Shown here one piece after another: positions 22,329 through 31,371 of a stretch of DNA of 64,000 nt. Position 1 is the first letter of the stretch. Every line of letters begins with the position of its first letter. Origin of the DNA: an uncultured Gammaproteobacteria bacterium (GTDB taxonomy: Bacteria > Patescibacteriota > Microgenomatia > CAYGWK01). A program made the translations under genes and the position numbers. The notes under the pieces were generated by a model. It worked only from the letters and a program-made list of their open reading frames with translations. It searched no databases and was not told the origin of the DNA. Where the stretch lies: positions 17,303 through 81,302 of the forward strand of contig CAYGWK010000003.1 of the NCBI GenBank assembly GCA_964353785.1, read 5' to 3'.

Positions 22329-22700
22329 TTACTTTTCTTTCTTTTTCTCGCACTCAATACAAAGCGTGGCTTCGGGTTTTATCATTAACCTGTCGGTATC
22401 AATCATTCTGCCGCACTTTTCACAAATCCCATATTTGCCAATTTTAATTTTAGTCAAGGCTTTTCTGATATCAATCAGTCTCCTATCAATTTCTTTTTTC
22501 ATCGCCTCTATCCTCGCATGACCAAACTGCTCCCTGGCATCGGAATCTGTAGCGGCATTGTCGGTCAGTCTTTCAGTATCGGCGAATGGGTCCTCTTTTT
22601 CAAGAACCTTTTTTCTTTCTTCAAGTTTTTTTGCTTCAAGATGAAGAAACTGTTTTATTGGTTTTAAAACACTCGCTGGAAAGGAAATTTTACTTCTCAT
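22329..22700 (-). CDS. DksA/TraR-family C4 zinc-finger protein
   Basis: 123 aa; C-terminal CEKCGRMIDTDRLMIKPEATLCIEC. Confidence 0.7.
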   Translation of the reverse strand: MRSKISFPASVLKPIKQFLHLEAKKLEERKKVLEKEDPFADTERLTDNAATDSDAREQFGHARIEAMKKEIDRRLIDIRKALTKIKIGKYGICEKCGRMIDTDRLMIKPEATLCIECEKKKEK

Positions 22701-23415
22701 TTTTCCTCCTTAATTTTAAAATATCCTCCTTTAAGTTTCTCTCTGATCTTTTATACAAAAATCCAAGACTTAAAAGTGCCAAAATGAAAATTCCTACCCT
22801 CTCCCAGTATATACTTTTTTGAAAGATGATTTCAAGTGAACCAAGAATTATCCAGAATATTCCCAAGGTTAAACAAGCGACAAAACCTGGTTTTCCGCTT
22901 TTATACCAAATAAACTTCCGGTAGGTTCTGGCAAAAACAAAAGATAAAACTAAAGCCAGGGCAGAGGAGGCAAAAAAGGCAAGAATGAATTTTTCTCCAG
23001 TTGCCAGTATTAAACCAATCTCAAAAATTACTAAAAACAAAAAAAATGCTTCTGTCAGATTATCTGCCACCAGCCAAAAATCCCAAGATTTTTTCTTTGA
23101 CCAAAGAAAAAGAATTAAAAGCAGAAGAACAACTACTCCTAAAAAAGAAAAGCCAGGCTCTGCTCTTAAGGAAAACCATTTCAAAGGCTGGAGATAAAGG
23201 CTTGGGTTTCCGACAATATAGAAAAGCCTTGCTCCTAAAATCGCTCCAAGAACAAGAAGAATGGTGAAGTTTAAAATATCATCTTCAAGATAATCTTCTT
23301 TAAGTCTTTGCCAAAGGAAAAATGAGGCAAACACGAAAGATAAAGCAGCGAAAAAGCTGGATGTTGAGATTATTATTGGCCCAAGTGTTAAAAGGACAGG
23401 AAACATGCTTGACAA
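22690..23415 (-). CDS. lgt: Prolipoprotein diacylglyceryl transferase-like membrane protein
   Basis: 241 aa; polytopic; LGAILGARLFYIVGNPSLY resembles the Lgt signature G-R-x-G-Y-x-x-F. Confidence 0.45.
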   Translation of the reverse strand: MSSMFPVLLTLGPIIISTSSFFAALSFVFASFFLWQRLKEDYLEDDILNFTILLVLGAILGARLFYIVGNPSLYLQPLKWFSLRAEPGFSFLGVVVLLLLILFLWSKKKSWDFWLVADNLTEAFFLFLVIFEIGLILATGEKFILAFFASSALALVLSFVFARTYRKFIWYKSGKPGFVACLTLGIFWIILGSLEIIFQKSIYWERVGIFILALLSLGFLYKRSERNLKEDILKLRRKNEK

Positions 23416-23437
23416 ACTAATTATATCATACTATACT
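23409..23437 (+). promoter_or_regulatory. Sigma70-like promoter (TTGACA - 17 bp - TATACT) upstream of the 23448 ORF
   Basis: Perfect -35 TTGACA at 23409-23414, 17-bp spacer, -10 TATACT at 23432-23437, 10 nt before the ATG. Confidence 0.5.
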
Positions 23438-23447
23438 TTTTCCTTGC

Positions 23448-23909
23448 ATGCTTGAACTGCCGCATACAATCGTTGGGGCAACTATCGCCACCAAGATTGG
23501 CAACCCCTACCTCGCCCTCCCATTTGCTTTAATCTCAAATCTCCTCATTGACCTTCTCCCTCACTGGAATCCTCACATTTACACGGAAATGAATCACGAT
23601 GGCAAAGTTTCCCCAAAATCAAAAAGAATTGTTATCGTCGACTCTAGTCTTGCTCTAATAACAGGCTTGCTTTTAGCCTTAAGATTTTATCCAAATTTAG
23701 GAAAAGTGGCAATAATTTTAGCAGGCTGTTTCCTAGCAGTTCTCTTTGATGTTTTAGAAGCCCCCTACTTTTTCCTGAAGTCAAAAAATAAATATATTTT
23801 AAAGTTAATTTCTATTCAGCGGAGATTCCAGTGGAACGTCTCTCCAATCCCCGGAATTCTCTCCCAAATTATTCTCATCGGAGTCTGCTTCTTTTTGCTT
23901 TTTACTTAA
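23448..23909 (+). CDS. Hypothetical small membrane protein
   Basis: 153 aa, four hydrophobic helices, good promoter immediately upstream. Confidence 0.45.
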   Translation: MLELPHTIVGATIATKIGNPYLALPFALISNLLIDLLPHWNPHIYTEMNHDGKVSPKSKRIVIVDSSLALITGLLLALRFYPNLGKVAIILAGCFLAVLFDVLEAPYFFLKSKNKYILKLISIQRRFQWNVSPIPGILSQIILIGVCFFLLFT

Positions 23910-24483
23910 CCCTCTCCACATATTCTCCAGTTCTTGTATCCACCAAAATTCTCTCTCCTTGATTTATAAAAAGAGGAATTTTAATTTTTAAGCCATTATC
24001 CAAAACCGCTGGTTTAAAAATATTCGTAGCACTATCCCCTTTTACCCCTGGTCCAGTTTCTTTAACCTCAAATTCCATTTTGGGCGGAAGCTCGATCGAT
24101 AAAGGTTTTTCAGACCAGAACAAAACATCAACCATCGCCTGTTCACGCAAAAATGGTGCTTGGTCAGAGATTAAATCTCTGGGAATTTCAAGTTGTTCAA
24201 AAGTTTTCGGGTCCATAAAGTAAAAATTATCTTTGCAATAAGCAGAGCTTGTTGCTCCGCAATAAAGATATTGAAGTTTGCGTTTGACAGTAGAAATCTC
24301 AGAAACCTTGGCTCCGGAAATAAAGGTTTTTTCAAGAACCGCCCCAGTTTTTAAATTTCGCACCTTGACTTTTATATTGGCCGTCCCCCGCCCCATTTTT
24401 AAATGCTCATATTTCAAAACCACAAAAGGCTCGCCATTCTCTTCAAAAGTTCTTCCGCTTCTTAGTTCCGTTACAGAAATCAT
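23902..24483 (-). CDS. efp: Translation elongation factor P, with an in-frame insertion derived from the 27-bp element
   Basis: Start taken at MISVTELRSGRTF (ATG 24483), directly after the tRNA-Leu. KMGRGTANIKVKVRNLKTG and the C-terminal OB domains are present. YCGATSSAYCK is encoded by the antisense copy of the element at 24240..24266. Confidence 0.85.
   Translation of the reverse strand: MISVTELRSGRTFEENGEPFVVLKYEHLKMGRGTANIKVKVRNLKTGAVLEKTFISGAKVSEISTVKRKLQYLYCGATSSAYCKDNFYFMDPKTFEQLEIPRDLISDQAPFLREQAMVDVLFWSEKPLSIELPPKMEFEVKETGPGVKGDSATNIFKPAVLDNGLKIKIPLFINQGERILVDTRTGEYVERVK
24240..24266 (+). repeat. 27-bp dispersed element, antisense and in-frame (YCGATSSAYCK) inside efp
   Basis: AAGCAGAGCTTGTTGCTCCGCAATAAA. 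Confidence 0.85.
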
Positions 24484-24486
24484 CGG

Positions 24487-24573
24487 TGCCGAGGAGAGGA
24501 GTCGAACCTCCACGGTCCTTTAGGGACCACAAGTTTTTGAGACTTGCCTGTCTACCAGTTCCAGCACCTCGGC
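24487..24573 (-). tRNA. tRNA-Leu (anticodon CAA), type II with long variable arm
   Basis: Hand-folded: acceptor GCCGAGG/CCTCGGC, anticodon stem CAAGT/ACTTG with loop CTCAAAA (CAA), variable stem GGTCC/GGACC, T-arm GAGG-TTCGACT-CCTC, discriminator A. No encoded CCA. Confidence 0.8.
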
Positions 24574-24616
24574 GCAATGACAATTATATCAAACTTTTGA
24601 GAAATTAGCTTGGAAA

Positions 24617-25933
24617 TTATTCTTTCACCCTTCTAACTTCCATTCCGTAGAAGGAAATTCGGGCCGGAACGAAGCGAAGCTTAAAAGAACCGGTTGGTCC
24701 GTTTCGGTGTTTGGCAATTTCAGCGGTCACATTTTCGGGAGTTTCTTCCTCTTCCCGATAAAGAAAAACGACCACATCCGCATCCTGTTCAATTGAACCA
24801 CTCTCCCGAAGGTCAGCCAAACGAGGTCTGGCTCCTCCCCTAACCTCAACTGCCCGAGAAAGTTGGGAAACTGCCAGAACCGGAATTTTTAATTCCCGAG
24901 CCAGATTTTTAAGCCCCATGGAAATTTCGGAAACTTCCTGAACTCGATTTTCAAGTTGCCTCCCCCGAAGAAGTTGAAGATAGTCAACAATGATAAGTTT
25001 TAATCCTTGCTCAACCTGAAGCCTACGAGCCTTGGTCCTCATCTCCAAAATGGAAATTGCCGGCGTGTCATCAATAAAAAGTGGGGCTTCGGCCAAAACT
25101 CCCATGGCATCAGAAAGCCGAGTAAAATCCTCTTCCTCAAGTCTGCCGGTTTTAAGTTTCCAAGCATCAATATCTGCCTGACGAACCAAAAGTCGGTCAA
25201 CCAACTCCTCTTTACTCATCTCAACCGAAAAAATTCCCACTGGTTCTTTTTCTTCGACCGCTAAATATCTAGCCACATTTAAGACTAAAGCAGTTTTTCC
25301 TAAGCCTGGTCTGGATGCCAAAATGATTAAGTTTGACTGCTGCAGTCCGGCAAGCATGTTATCCAAATCTTTAAAACCAGTTGCTACTCCCCGAAGACCC
25401 CCGGCTTTTTTATGAAGTTCGTCTAAGCGGTCAAAACTCTCCGCTAAAGCATCTTTAACCGGCATAAAAACCTGTTTTAAGTGGGCTTGAGAAAGAGCGA
25501 AAACCCGCTGCTCGGCCTTGTCCAAAACCTCGGTTGCTTCAGACGCCTCATCAAACGCTTGCTCGGTGATTTTTGAGGCAGCCGAAATTAATTCTCTTTT
25601 GGTGTAGTCATTTTTAACAATTCTTCCATATTCTTCAACATTGGCGGCAGTGGGGACAAGGGAGGCAAGCTCGGAAAGATAACCTGCTCCGCCAACCCGA
25701 GTTAAATCTTTTTGTTTTTTAAGTTTTTCCGTTAAAGTGACAATGTCAACTGGCGAACGCTCCTCGTATAGGGAAAGAATTGCCCGAAAAATGCAACCGT
25801 TTTTTTCATCATAAAAATGCTCTGGTCGCAGAAATTCGGCCACGGCAACGATGGCGTCTTTGTCAATTAAACAGGCGCCGATGACAGATTTTTCGGCCTC
25901 ATCTGAATGTGGAGGAATTCGGACTTCAGGCAT
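24617..25933 (-). CDS. dnaB: Replicative DNA helicase DnaB
   Basis: 438 aa; Walker A SRPGLGKTA, DnaB N-terminal domain, C-terminal RecA-like domain. Confidence 0.9.
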   Translation of the reverse strand: MPEVRIPPHSDEAEKSVIGACLIDKDAIVAVAEFLRPEHFYDEKNGCIFRAILSLYEERSPVDIVTLTEKLKKQKDLTRVGGAGYLSELASLVPTAANVEEYGRIVKNDYTKRELISAASKITEQAFDEASEATEVLDKAEQRVFALSQAHLKQVFMPVKDALAESFDRLDELHKKAGGLRGVATGFKDLDNMLAGLQQSNLIILASRPGLGKTALVLNVARYLAVEEKEPVGIFSVEMSKEELVDRLLVRQADIDAWKLKTGRLEEEDFTRLSDAMGVLAEAPLFIDDTPAISILEMRTKARRLQVEQGLKLIIVDYLQLLRGRQLENRVQEVSEISMGLKNLARELKIPVLAVSQLSRAVEVRGGARPRLADLRESGSIEQDADVVVFLYREEEETPENVTAEIAKHRNGPTGSFKLRFVPARISFYGMEVRRVKE

Positions 25934-26579
25934 TTTTTCTCTCCAAAACTATAATTTTTGTTTCCATTGGCAGACTTTCCCGACTGACTAAAAGTTTTGG
26001 CAAAAATTCTCCTTTTTCACCCATCTCTTTCAAAAAATCCTCAAGGGTTGACATTTTTCCAAAAATCTCCTGATTTAACCCTGGAAAATTATAGTGCATG
26101 GGGATAATAATCTTCGGTTCAAGTTGAGAAATTACCTCCCCTGCCTCCTTTGGTCCAATAGTGTAAAATCCGCCAACAGGGATAAACAAAATATCCACTC
26201 CATTTAGTTCTTCAAGTTCGCGGTCAAAAAGTCGGTGACCCAAATCTCCCAAATGACAAACCCGCAGGTTATCCATTTCCATTAAATAAATTGTATTTTG
26301 CCCGCGCTCTGAACCTTCTTTGGCGTCATGAAATGAAGAAATTCCAAAAATGGAAACATTTTTAACCTCATACTCTCCTGGAGCAGAAATAACAAAAGGA
26401 GAACCTTGAACCTGGTCTTTTTGGTTATGATCCTGATGGTCATGGGAGACAGTCACAATATCTGCCTCAACTTTGGGGAATTTTAAGCCGGTCGCCTCCG
26501 GAGAATAGGGATCGGTGACAACCGTGGCTGTTTTCCCTTTAAGCTTAAAAGATGAATGACCAAGGTATGAAATTTCCAT
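25926..26579 (-). CDS. MBL-fold metallo-hydrolase (UPF0173-like)
   Basis: 217 aa; HDHQDH metal-binding motif. Confidence 0.7.
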   Translation of the reverse strand: MEISYLGHSSFKLKGKTATVVTDPYSPEATGLKFPKVEADIVTVSHDHQDHNQKDQVQGSPFVISAPGEYEVKNVSIFGISSFHDAKEGSERGQNTIYLMEMDNLRVCHLGDLGHRLFDRELEELNGVDILFIPVGGFYTIGPKEAGEVISQLEPKIIIPMHYNFPGLNQEIFGKMSTLEDFLKEMGEKGEFLPKLLVSRESLPMETKIIVLERKNA

Positions 26580-26613
26580 TTTGTCAAAGTTAGATTATCA
26601 TAAAGCTTTCCTC

Positions 26614-26642
26614 TTGACAAGACCCCCAATTTAGGTTATAGT
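26614..26642 (+). promoter_or_regulatory. Sigma70-like promoter (TTGACA - 17 bp - TATAGT) upstream of the 26654 ORF
   Basis: -35 at 26614-26619, -10 at 26637-26642, ATG at 26654. Confidence 0.45.
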
Positions 26643-26653
26643 GTCTGCCTGTC

Positions 26654-27082
26654 ATGAGAAAGGAAGTTCTAGTTGCTATCTTTGTTGGTTTTGCTCTTGG
26701 CCTTGTTATTACCTTTGGTATCTGGTCAGCCAACAAGGCTTTAACTTCAAAAAAACCCCCGGCTGCCCCCGAAGAAGAAGTTGCCGCCCCAGAGGAGATT
26801 ACGCCAACGCCCGCTTTTTCTTTAGTCATTTCAAAACCTGAAGATGAGAGTATCTCAAGCGCTGACAAAGTTACTGTTTCTGGAACAACCGAGCCCGAAG
26901 TATATGTTGTCATCATGGGAGAAAAGGGAGAAGAAATTTTGGAGGCAGATGAGAAGGGAATTTTCTCAACTGAAGTATCTTTGGTTTCGGGAACAAACGA
27001 AATTACGATTAGTGCTTTTTCGGAAAATGGGGATGAGGTCTCAAAAACCTTAAATGTAGTTTACTCAACGGCGGAAATATGA
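26654..27082 (+). CDS. Hypothetical membrane-anchored / secreted protein
   Basis: 142 aa; N-terminal TM/signal anchor then a Pro/Glu/Ala-rich linker. Preferred over antisense ORF 26590..26916. Confidence 0.45.
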   Translation: MRKEVLVAIFVGFALGLVITFGIWSANKALTSKKPPAAPEEEVAAPEEITPTPAFSLVISKPEDESISSADKVTVSGTTEPEVYVVIMGEKGEEILEADEKGIFSTEVSLVSGTNEITISAFSENGDEVSKTLNVVYSTAEI

Positions 27083-27786
27083 GAAAAATAATTTTGCTTT
27101 TTACTTTTTACTTTTTACTTTTTACTTTCCCGCTTTTGGCGCTCGCCCAATCTCCTACTCCGACTGGGGTTCGCGAGGAAATTAAGGAAAAGGTTCAAGA
27201 AAGAATTGAGCAAATCCAAACCGAATTCAAAAAAAGAGCCTTCTGGGGAACATTAAAAGAAATCACCAATTCAACTTTGGTTCTTGACACTCCAAGAGGA
27301 GAAAGACGGGTCAAAACCGACGAAGAAACCAAATTCTTCGGAGCCAGTAAAAAAGAAATAAAATTAGCTGACCTTGAAATTGGCAACTTTATTATTGCCT
27401 TGGGATACTGGCAAGAAAATGGCACTCTTGAGGGAAAAAGAATAACTGCCTTAACACAAGCACCAAAACCAGCTGTCCGCCGATACGCAGTTTATGGGAG
27501 AGTGGCTGACATATCAGAAGAAGAGAAAATTCTTTCAATTGTTCATCCATTAAAAAGCGATGTCACCTACCAGGTTGGAGTAGAAAGTTCAACCATTATT
27601 ACTAAAAAGGTTGAGGGGAAAATTAAAAAAGTAACTTTTTCCGAAATTGAGATTGGCGACCGGGTGGTTTGCGTTGGCACTAAAGAAGAAGAAAACGAAA
27701 CCATCACTGCCAAACTCATTCATGTTATTCCTGGAAAAGTCAGTCCTACCCCAACAAAGAAACCCACCCCCACCCCAGCCGAGTAA
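27079..27786 (+). CDS. Hypothetical secreted protein
   Basis: 235 aa; cleavable-looking signal peptide ...FPLLALAQSP; Pro/Thr-rich C-terminus. The signal-peptide region is encoded by a (TTTTTAC)4 repeat. Confidence 0.5.
   Translation: MRKIILLFTFYFLLFTFPLLALAQSPTPTGVREEIKEKVQERIEQIQTEFKKRAFWGTLKEITNSTLVLDTPRGERRVKTDEETKFFGASKKEIKLADLEIGNFIIALGYWQENGTLEGKRITALTQAPKPAVRRYAVYGRVADISEEEKILSIVHPLKSDVTYQVGVESSTIITKKVEGKIKKVTFSEIEIGDRVVCVGTKEEENETITAKLIHVIPGKVSPTPTKKPTPTPAE
27098..27125. repeat. (TTTTTAC)4 repeat encoding the signal peptide of the 27079 ORF
   Basis: Four exact units plus one degenerate unit upstream. Confidence 0.8.
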
Positions 27787-27851
27787 GTCTTTCTCAGAGA
27801 AAGTTCTGCTTTCAGGTTTTTAATTTCTCAAAAAAATGCTATCATTTAACT

Positions 27852-29165
27852 ATGGCAAAACTTAAATTTCAACCAGTTAAGGGAACGAGGGATTTTTATC
27901 CGGAAGAGATGGCTTTCCGGAACTTCCTATTTGGAAAAATGAGAGAAGCTTCCAAAAAATTTGGCTACCAAGAATACGAAGGTCCGATTCTTGAACCCCT
28001 AGAACTCTATGCGGCCAAATCAGGCGAGGACCTGGTTAAAAAACAAACTTTTGTTTTAACAGACCGAGGAGGGAGAAAACTGGCTTTAAGACCAGAGATG
28101 ACTCCAACTTTGGCGCGGATGGTTGGACAAAGGGAAGCAGAACTTCCAAAACCAATCCGCTGGTTTTCCATTGGTCCCAGGTTTCGCTACGAACAACCCC
28201 AAAAAGGAAGATTAAGAGAATTTTATCAATGGGATATTGATATTTTGGGCTCAGAAAGCCCAGAGGCAGATGCGGAGATTATTGCTATCGCGGCCGAATT
28301 CTTAAAAAGTATCGGCCTAACCCCCAAAGAAGTAAAAATTAAAGTTAATGACCGCTCTTTGATGGAACAAAAATTATCTTTGATTGAGATTCCTAAAACA
28401 AAGATTCAAGAAGTTTTCAAAGCAGTGGACAAGAAGGAAAAAATTGCCGAGGAAGAATGGGATAAATGGCTTAAAGAGATAGGATTAACCAGTCTTCAGG
28501 TTAAGGATCTTAAGGGAATCTTAAAAGACCGCGATTTCAGTCGAGAGTCAGAAAACCTAACCAGAATCTTTTCTACTCTTTCTGATTTGGGAGTTTCGGA
28601 TTTTGTCGAATTTGATCCAAATGTTGTTCGCGGGCTTGATTATTATACCGGAATAGTTTTTGAGGCAAGAGACGCCAAGGGTAAGTTCAGAGCGATTCTT
28701 GGTGGAGGAAGATATGATAATTTAGTTGAGGTTGTTGGCGGTCCAAAAATTGCCGGGACTGGATTCGCCGCTGGAGATGTCGTTATCGAGGAGGTTTTAA
28801 AAGAATATAAGCAAAGCTTGTTGCTTCGCAATAAAAAAACTCCCAAGATTTCTCCTGGCAATACCAGAGTATTAGTTACAGTTTTTGACGAATCAACCTT
28901 CCGCGATTCACTCAAAGTTACTTCATTACTGCGCAGTAATAGAGTAAATACAGAAATATATATTAATCCGGAAAAACTTGACAAACAATTAAAATACGCT
29001 AGCCAGAAAGAGATCCCCTTCGTGGTGATTATTGGCCCAGAGGAAGAAAAATCTGGAACAGTAACGATTAAAAATATGGAAAAAGGCTCGCAAGAAACTA
29101 TACCCCAGGAAAAACTTTCAGACTACTTTTCCACCAAAGGCGGATCCGCCTCTGGCGGAAAATAA
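27852..29165 (+). CDS. hisS: Histidine--tRNA ligase, with in-frame KQSLLLRNK insertion
   Basis: 437 aa; class II motifs (…RYEQPQKGRLREFYQWDIDILG…, GGGRYDNL); C-terminal anticodon-binding domain. The 27-bp element at 28809..28835 lies between the catalytic and anticodon-binding domains. Confidence 0.9.
   Translation: MAKLKFQPVKGTRDFYPEEMAFRNFLFGKMREASKKFGYQEYEGPILEPLELYAAKSGEDLVKKQTFVLTDRGGRKLALRPEMTPTLARMVGQREAELPKPIRWFSIGPRFRYEQPQKGRLREFYQWDIDILGSESPEADAEIIAIAAEFLKSIGLTPKEVKIKVNDRSLMEQKLSLIEIPKTKIQEVFKAVDKKEKIAEEEWDKWLKEIGLTSLQVKDLKGILKDRDFSRESENLTRIFSTLSDLGVSDFVEFDPNVVRGLDYYTGIVFEARDAKGKFRAILGGGRYDNLVEVVGGPKIAGTGFAAGDVVIEEVLKEYKQSLLLRNKKTPKISPGNTRVLVTVFDESTFRDSLKVTSLLRSNRVNTEIYINPEKLDKQLKYASQKEIPFVVIIGPEEEKSGTVTIKNMEKGSQETIPQEKLSDYFSTKGGSASGGK
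28809..28835 (+). repeat. 27-bp dispersed element, in-frame (KQSLLLRNK) inside hisS
   Basis: AAGCAAAGCTTGTTGCTTCGCAATAAA. Confidence 0.85.
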
Positions 29166-29195
29166 TTAAACCCAGCTTAGCTGGGTAAACTGCCC

Positions 29196-30122
29196 ATGAC
29201 AAAGAAACGCCTAACTGCTTATCTTCTTTTAATCTTAACTTCAATCATTTGGGGAATTGCTGGACCAGTTATTAAGCACACTCTGCAATTTATTCCTCCT
29301 TTTACCTTTTTATTCTGGCGATTTTTGCTTGCCTCGCTGATATTTCTGCCTTTTTTTATCTTTCTGGCCAGAAAAGAAAAAGAAACTCTAAGAAGTCTTT
29401 TACCAATTATCCCCATCGGCTTTTTAGGAATCCCTTTCTGTCTAAGTTTTGTTTTTCTTGGCTTTGAGAGAACTTCTGCTTTGGATGGAACAATTCTTTC
29501 GGCTCTGGCGCCAATTTTTATTGTCTTAGCCGGGGTCTTTTTTTTAAAAGAGAAAGTAACCAGGATTGAGGCGGCTGGTTTGGCGATTGCTATTTCGGGC
29601 TCGGTGGTCATGGTCTCCCAACCGCTTTTGGAGGGAGGGGCATTTGCTCAAAGAAATTTAACTGGTAATCTTTTAATTATAATCTCAGACCTTATTTGGA
29701 CTGTTTATGTTGTTCTTTCAAAAGTTGAATTCAAAAAACACTCCCCTTTTATCATCACCGCTGTCTCCTTTTTTACTGGACTTTTAGTAATTTTTCCCCT
29801 TGCTTTTCTAGAAAGTGGCCCACAAATTTTCAATTTTCAATTCTCAATTCTCAATTCTGGCGCCCTCTGGGGCGTCCTTTACATGGTAATCCTCTCCTCG
29901 GTTCTGGCTTATTTCGCTTTTGAATCGGGACTTAGACTTATCGAGGCTTCGGAAACCACTCTTTTTGCCTATCTTCAGCCAATTTTTGCCGCCCCAGTGG
30001 CCATCCTTTGGCTTGGAGAGCGTATCACTTCTCCATTTTTGCTTGGGGCCGCCATCGTTGCCATCGGAATATTTCTCTCCGAATTCCGCAGACCACGGGT
30101 TGCCTCAAAGCAGGAAAAATGA
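29196..30122 (+). CDS. DMT-superfamily (EamA-like) transporter
   Basis: 308 aa; 10 TM helices in two EamA halves. Contains a 7-bp x ~5 repeat encoding [12 protein letters not shown]. Confidence 0.7.
   Translation: MTKKRLTAYLLLILTSIIWGIAGPVIKHTLQFIPPFTFLFWRFLLASLIFLPFFIFLARKEKETLRSLLPIIPIGFLGIPFCLSFVFLGFERTSALDGTILSALAPIFIVLAGVFFLKEKVTRIEAAGLAIAISGSVVMVSQPLLEGGAFAQRNLTGNLLIIISDLIWTVYVVLSKVEFKKHSPFIITAVSFFTGLLVIFPLAFLESGPQIFNFQFSILNSGALWGVLYMVILSSVLAYFAFESGLRLIEASETTLFAYLQPIFAAPVAILWLGERITSPFLLGAAIVAIGIFLSEFRRPRVASKQEK
29823..29858. repeat. 7-bp-period repeat (CAATT(T/C)T x~5) inside the DMT transporter gene
   Basis: Units CAATTTT CAATTTT CAATTCT CAATTCT CAATTCT. Confidence 0.8.
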
Positions 30123-30138
30123 TAGAATAGATTTTGTT

Positions 30139-30456
30139 ATGAAGGCTGATATTCATCCAAAATGGTATCCAGAGGCTCGCGTTACCTGCTCTTGCGGAGC
30201 AAGTTTTACCGTGGGTTCAACCAAGCCTGAAATTCAAGTTGAAATCTGTTCAAAATGCCATCCCCTCTTTACTGGAGAGATGAAATATGTTGATACTGCT
30301 GGAAGAGTAGAAAAATTTCAAGAAAAGCAAAAGAGAGTCCAGCCCCAAAAACTAATTAAGAAAAAGCAAAGAAGGCTTCTTAAAAAACTTGAAGAAGAAA
30401 AAGAGGAAGAAAAACGCCCCAAATCCTTGAAAGAAATGCTACAAAAGAAATCCTAA
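30139..30456 (+). CDS. rpmE: 50S ribosomal protein L31 with ~45-aa K/E-rich C-terminal extension
   Basis: [46 protein letters not shown] closely matches the L31 zinc-ribbon. Extra tail [37 protein letters not shown]. Confidence 0.85.
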   Translation: MKADIHPKWYPEARVTCSCGASFTVGSTKPEIQVEICSKCHPLFTGEMKYVDTAGRVEKFQEKQKRVQPQKLIKKKQRRLLKKLEEEKEEEKRPKSLKEMLQKKS

Positions 30457-30457
30457 A

Positions 30458-31141
30458 ATGAATCCAGACAACGCTATTTTAGAAATAAGGCCAGGAACTG
30501 GTGGTGAGGAAGCCCGCCTTTGGGCCTCTGATTTATTGCGGATGTATACCAGGTTTGCTAATTCCCAGGGGTGGAAAGTATCCCAGATTGATGAGGGAGT
30601 GATTAAAATCCAAGGTGCAGGTATTTTTGAAAAATTAAAAAATGAAGCCGGAGTTCACCGAGTCCAAAGAATCCCAAAAACTGAACGCTATGGTCGGATT
30701 CATACCTCAACTGCCACGGTGGCCGTTTTACCAGAAATTCCCGAAAACCAGATTTTTATCAATCCAGCCGATTGCCAGTGGCAATTTTATCGTGCCTCAA
30801 CCCAAGGAGGACAAAATGTTCAGAAGGTCTCCTCTGCCGTCCGCCTGCGCCACGTTCCAACCGGTATTGTCGTCTCAAGTCAGCAAGAACGAACCCAAGA
30901 ACAGAATCGCCAAATCGCTTTGGAGCTACTTCGGGCAAAACTTTTCGCCAGACAGGAAGAAGAAAAAGAGAAAACCGTTGCTGGTTACCGTTCCGTCATT
31001 GGTCGCGGCATGCGCCCCGAAAAAATCCGCACCTACAATTTTCCGCAAAACAGAATTACTGACCACAGAATAAATAAATCGTGGAAGAATTTAGAAGAGA
31101 TTTTAGAGGGGAAATTAGAGAAAATTATTGCCTCTCTCTAG
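30458..31141 (+). CDS. Class I peptide chain release factor homolog lacking N-terminal domain 1 (RF1-type PxT = PKT, GGQ present)
   Basis: 227 aa starting at EIRPGTGGEEA (beginning of RF domain 2). VHRVQRIPKTERYGRIHTSTATVAVLPE matches the RF1 PxT region; GGQNVQKVSSAVRLRHVPTGIVV is the GGQ domain. The 1-nt gap to the L31 stop leaves no room for a domain-1 coding region. Confidence 0.75.
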   Translation: MNPDNAILEIRPGTGGEEARLWASDLLRMYTRFANSQGWKVSQIDEGVIKIQGAGIFEKLKNEAGVHRVQRIPKTERYGRIHTSTATVAVLPEIPENQIFINPADCQWQFYRASTQGGQNVQKVSSAVRLRHVPTGIVVSSQQERTQEQNRQIALELLRAKLFARQEEEKEKTVAGYRSVIGRGMRPEKIRTYNFPQNRITDHRINKSWKNLEEILEGKLEKIIASL

Positions 31142-31209
31142 GCTCTGGGTGTAGAAGTTCTGGTGGTGTCATAAACAGATTGGCAAAATATTTTCCTAAT
31201 GCTGTCAAC

Positions 31210-31305
31210 TCAATTGTTCTTAAGGAGAGCTTGGCTGCTAGTGGCACATATATAATTTCCCTCCTTAATTGGTGTTCGTTCTTCTTCTTTTCTTATTAGA
31301 GACAT
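31210..31305 (-). CDS. Possible 31-aa small ORF / leader peptide behind a strong RBS
   Basis: MSLIRKEEERTPIKEGNYICATSSQALLKNN*; preceded by GGGAGGTGAGGAAAG-ATG, the same hairpin+SD module found upstream of the next gene. Confidence 0.25.
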   Translation of the reverse strand: MSLIRKEEERTPIKEGNYICATSSQALLKNN

Positions 31306-31311
31306 CTTTCC

Positions 31312-31351
31312 TCACCTCCCTTTCAAAAATCGCTGCCGGTTGGGCAACACG
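31312..31351 (-). promoter_or_regulatory. Conserved hairpin + Shine-Dalgarno leader module, copy A
   Basis: Minus-strand RNA GUUGCC-CAAC-CGGCAGC hairpin (one G.U pair), then GAUUUUUGAAAGGGAGGUGAGGAAAG-AUG. About 85% identical to copy B, with a compensatory change in the stem. Confidence 0.4.
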
Positions 31352-31371
31352 AGATAAATACCCCAATCGCT

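Noticed and set aside
26590-26916. ORF 26590..26916 (-)
   Set aside because: It is antisense to ORF 26654..27082, which has a promoter and a signal-anchor N-terminus. It has low-complexity S/G/A-rich composition.
29920-30138. ORF 29920..30456 read as an N-terminal part of a programmed-frameshift prfB
   Set aside because: Its first 70 codons overlap the DMT transporter out of frame and the rest is simply L31. There is no RF domain-1-like sequence or CUU-UGA-C shift site upstream of 30458.
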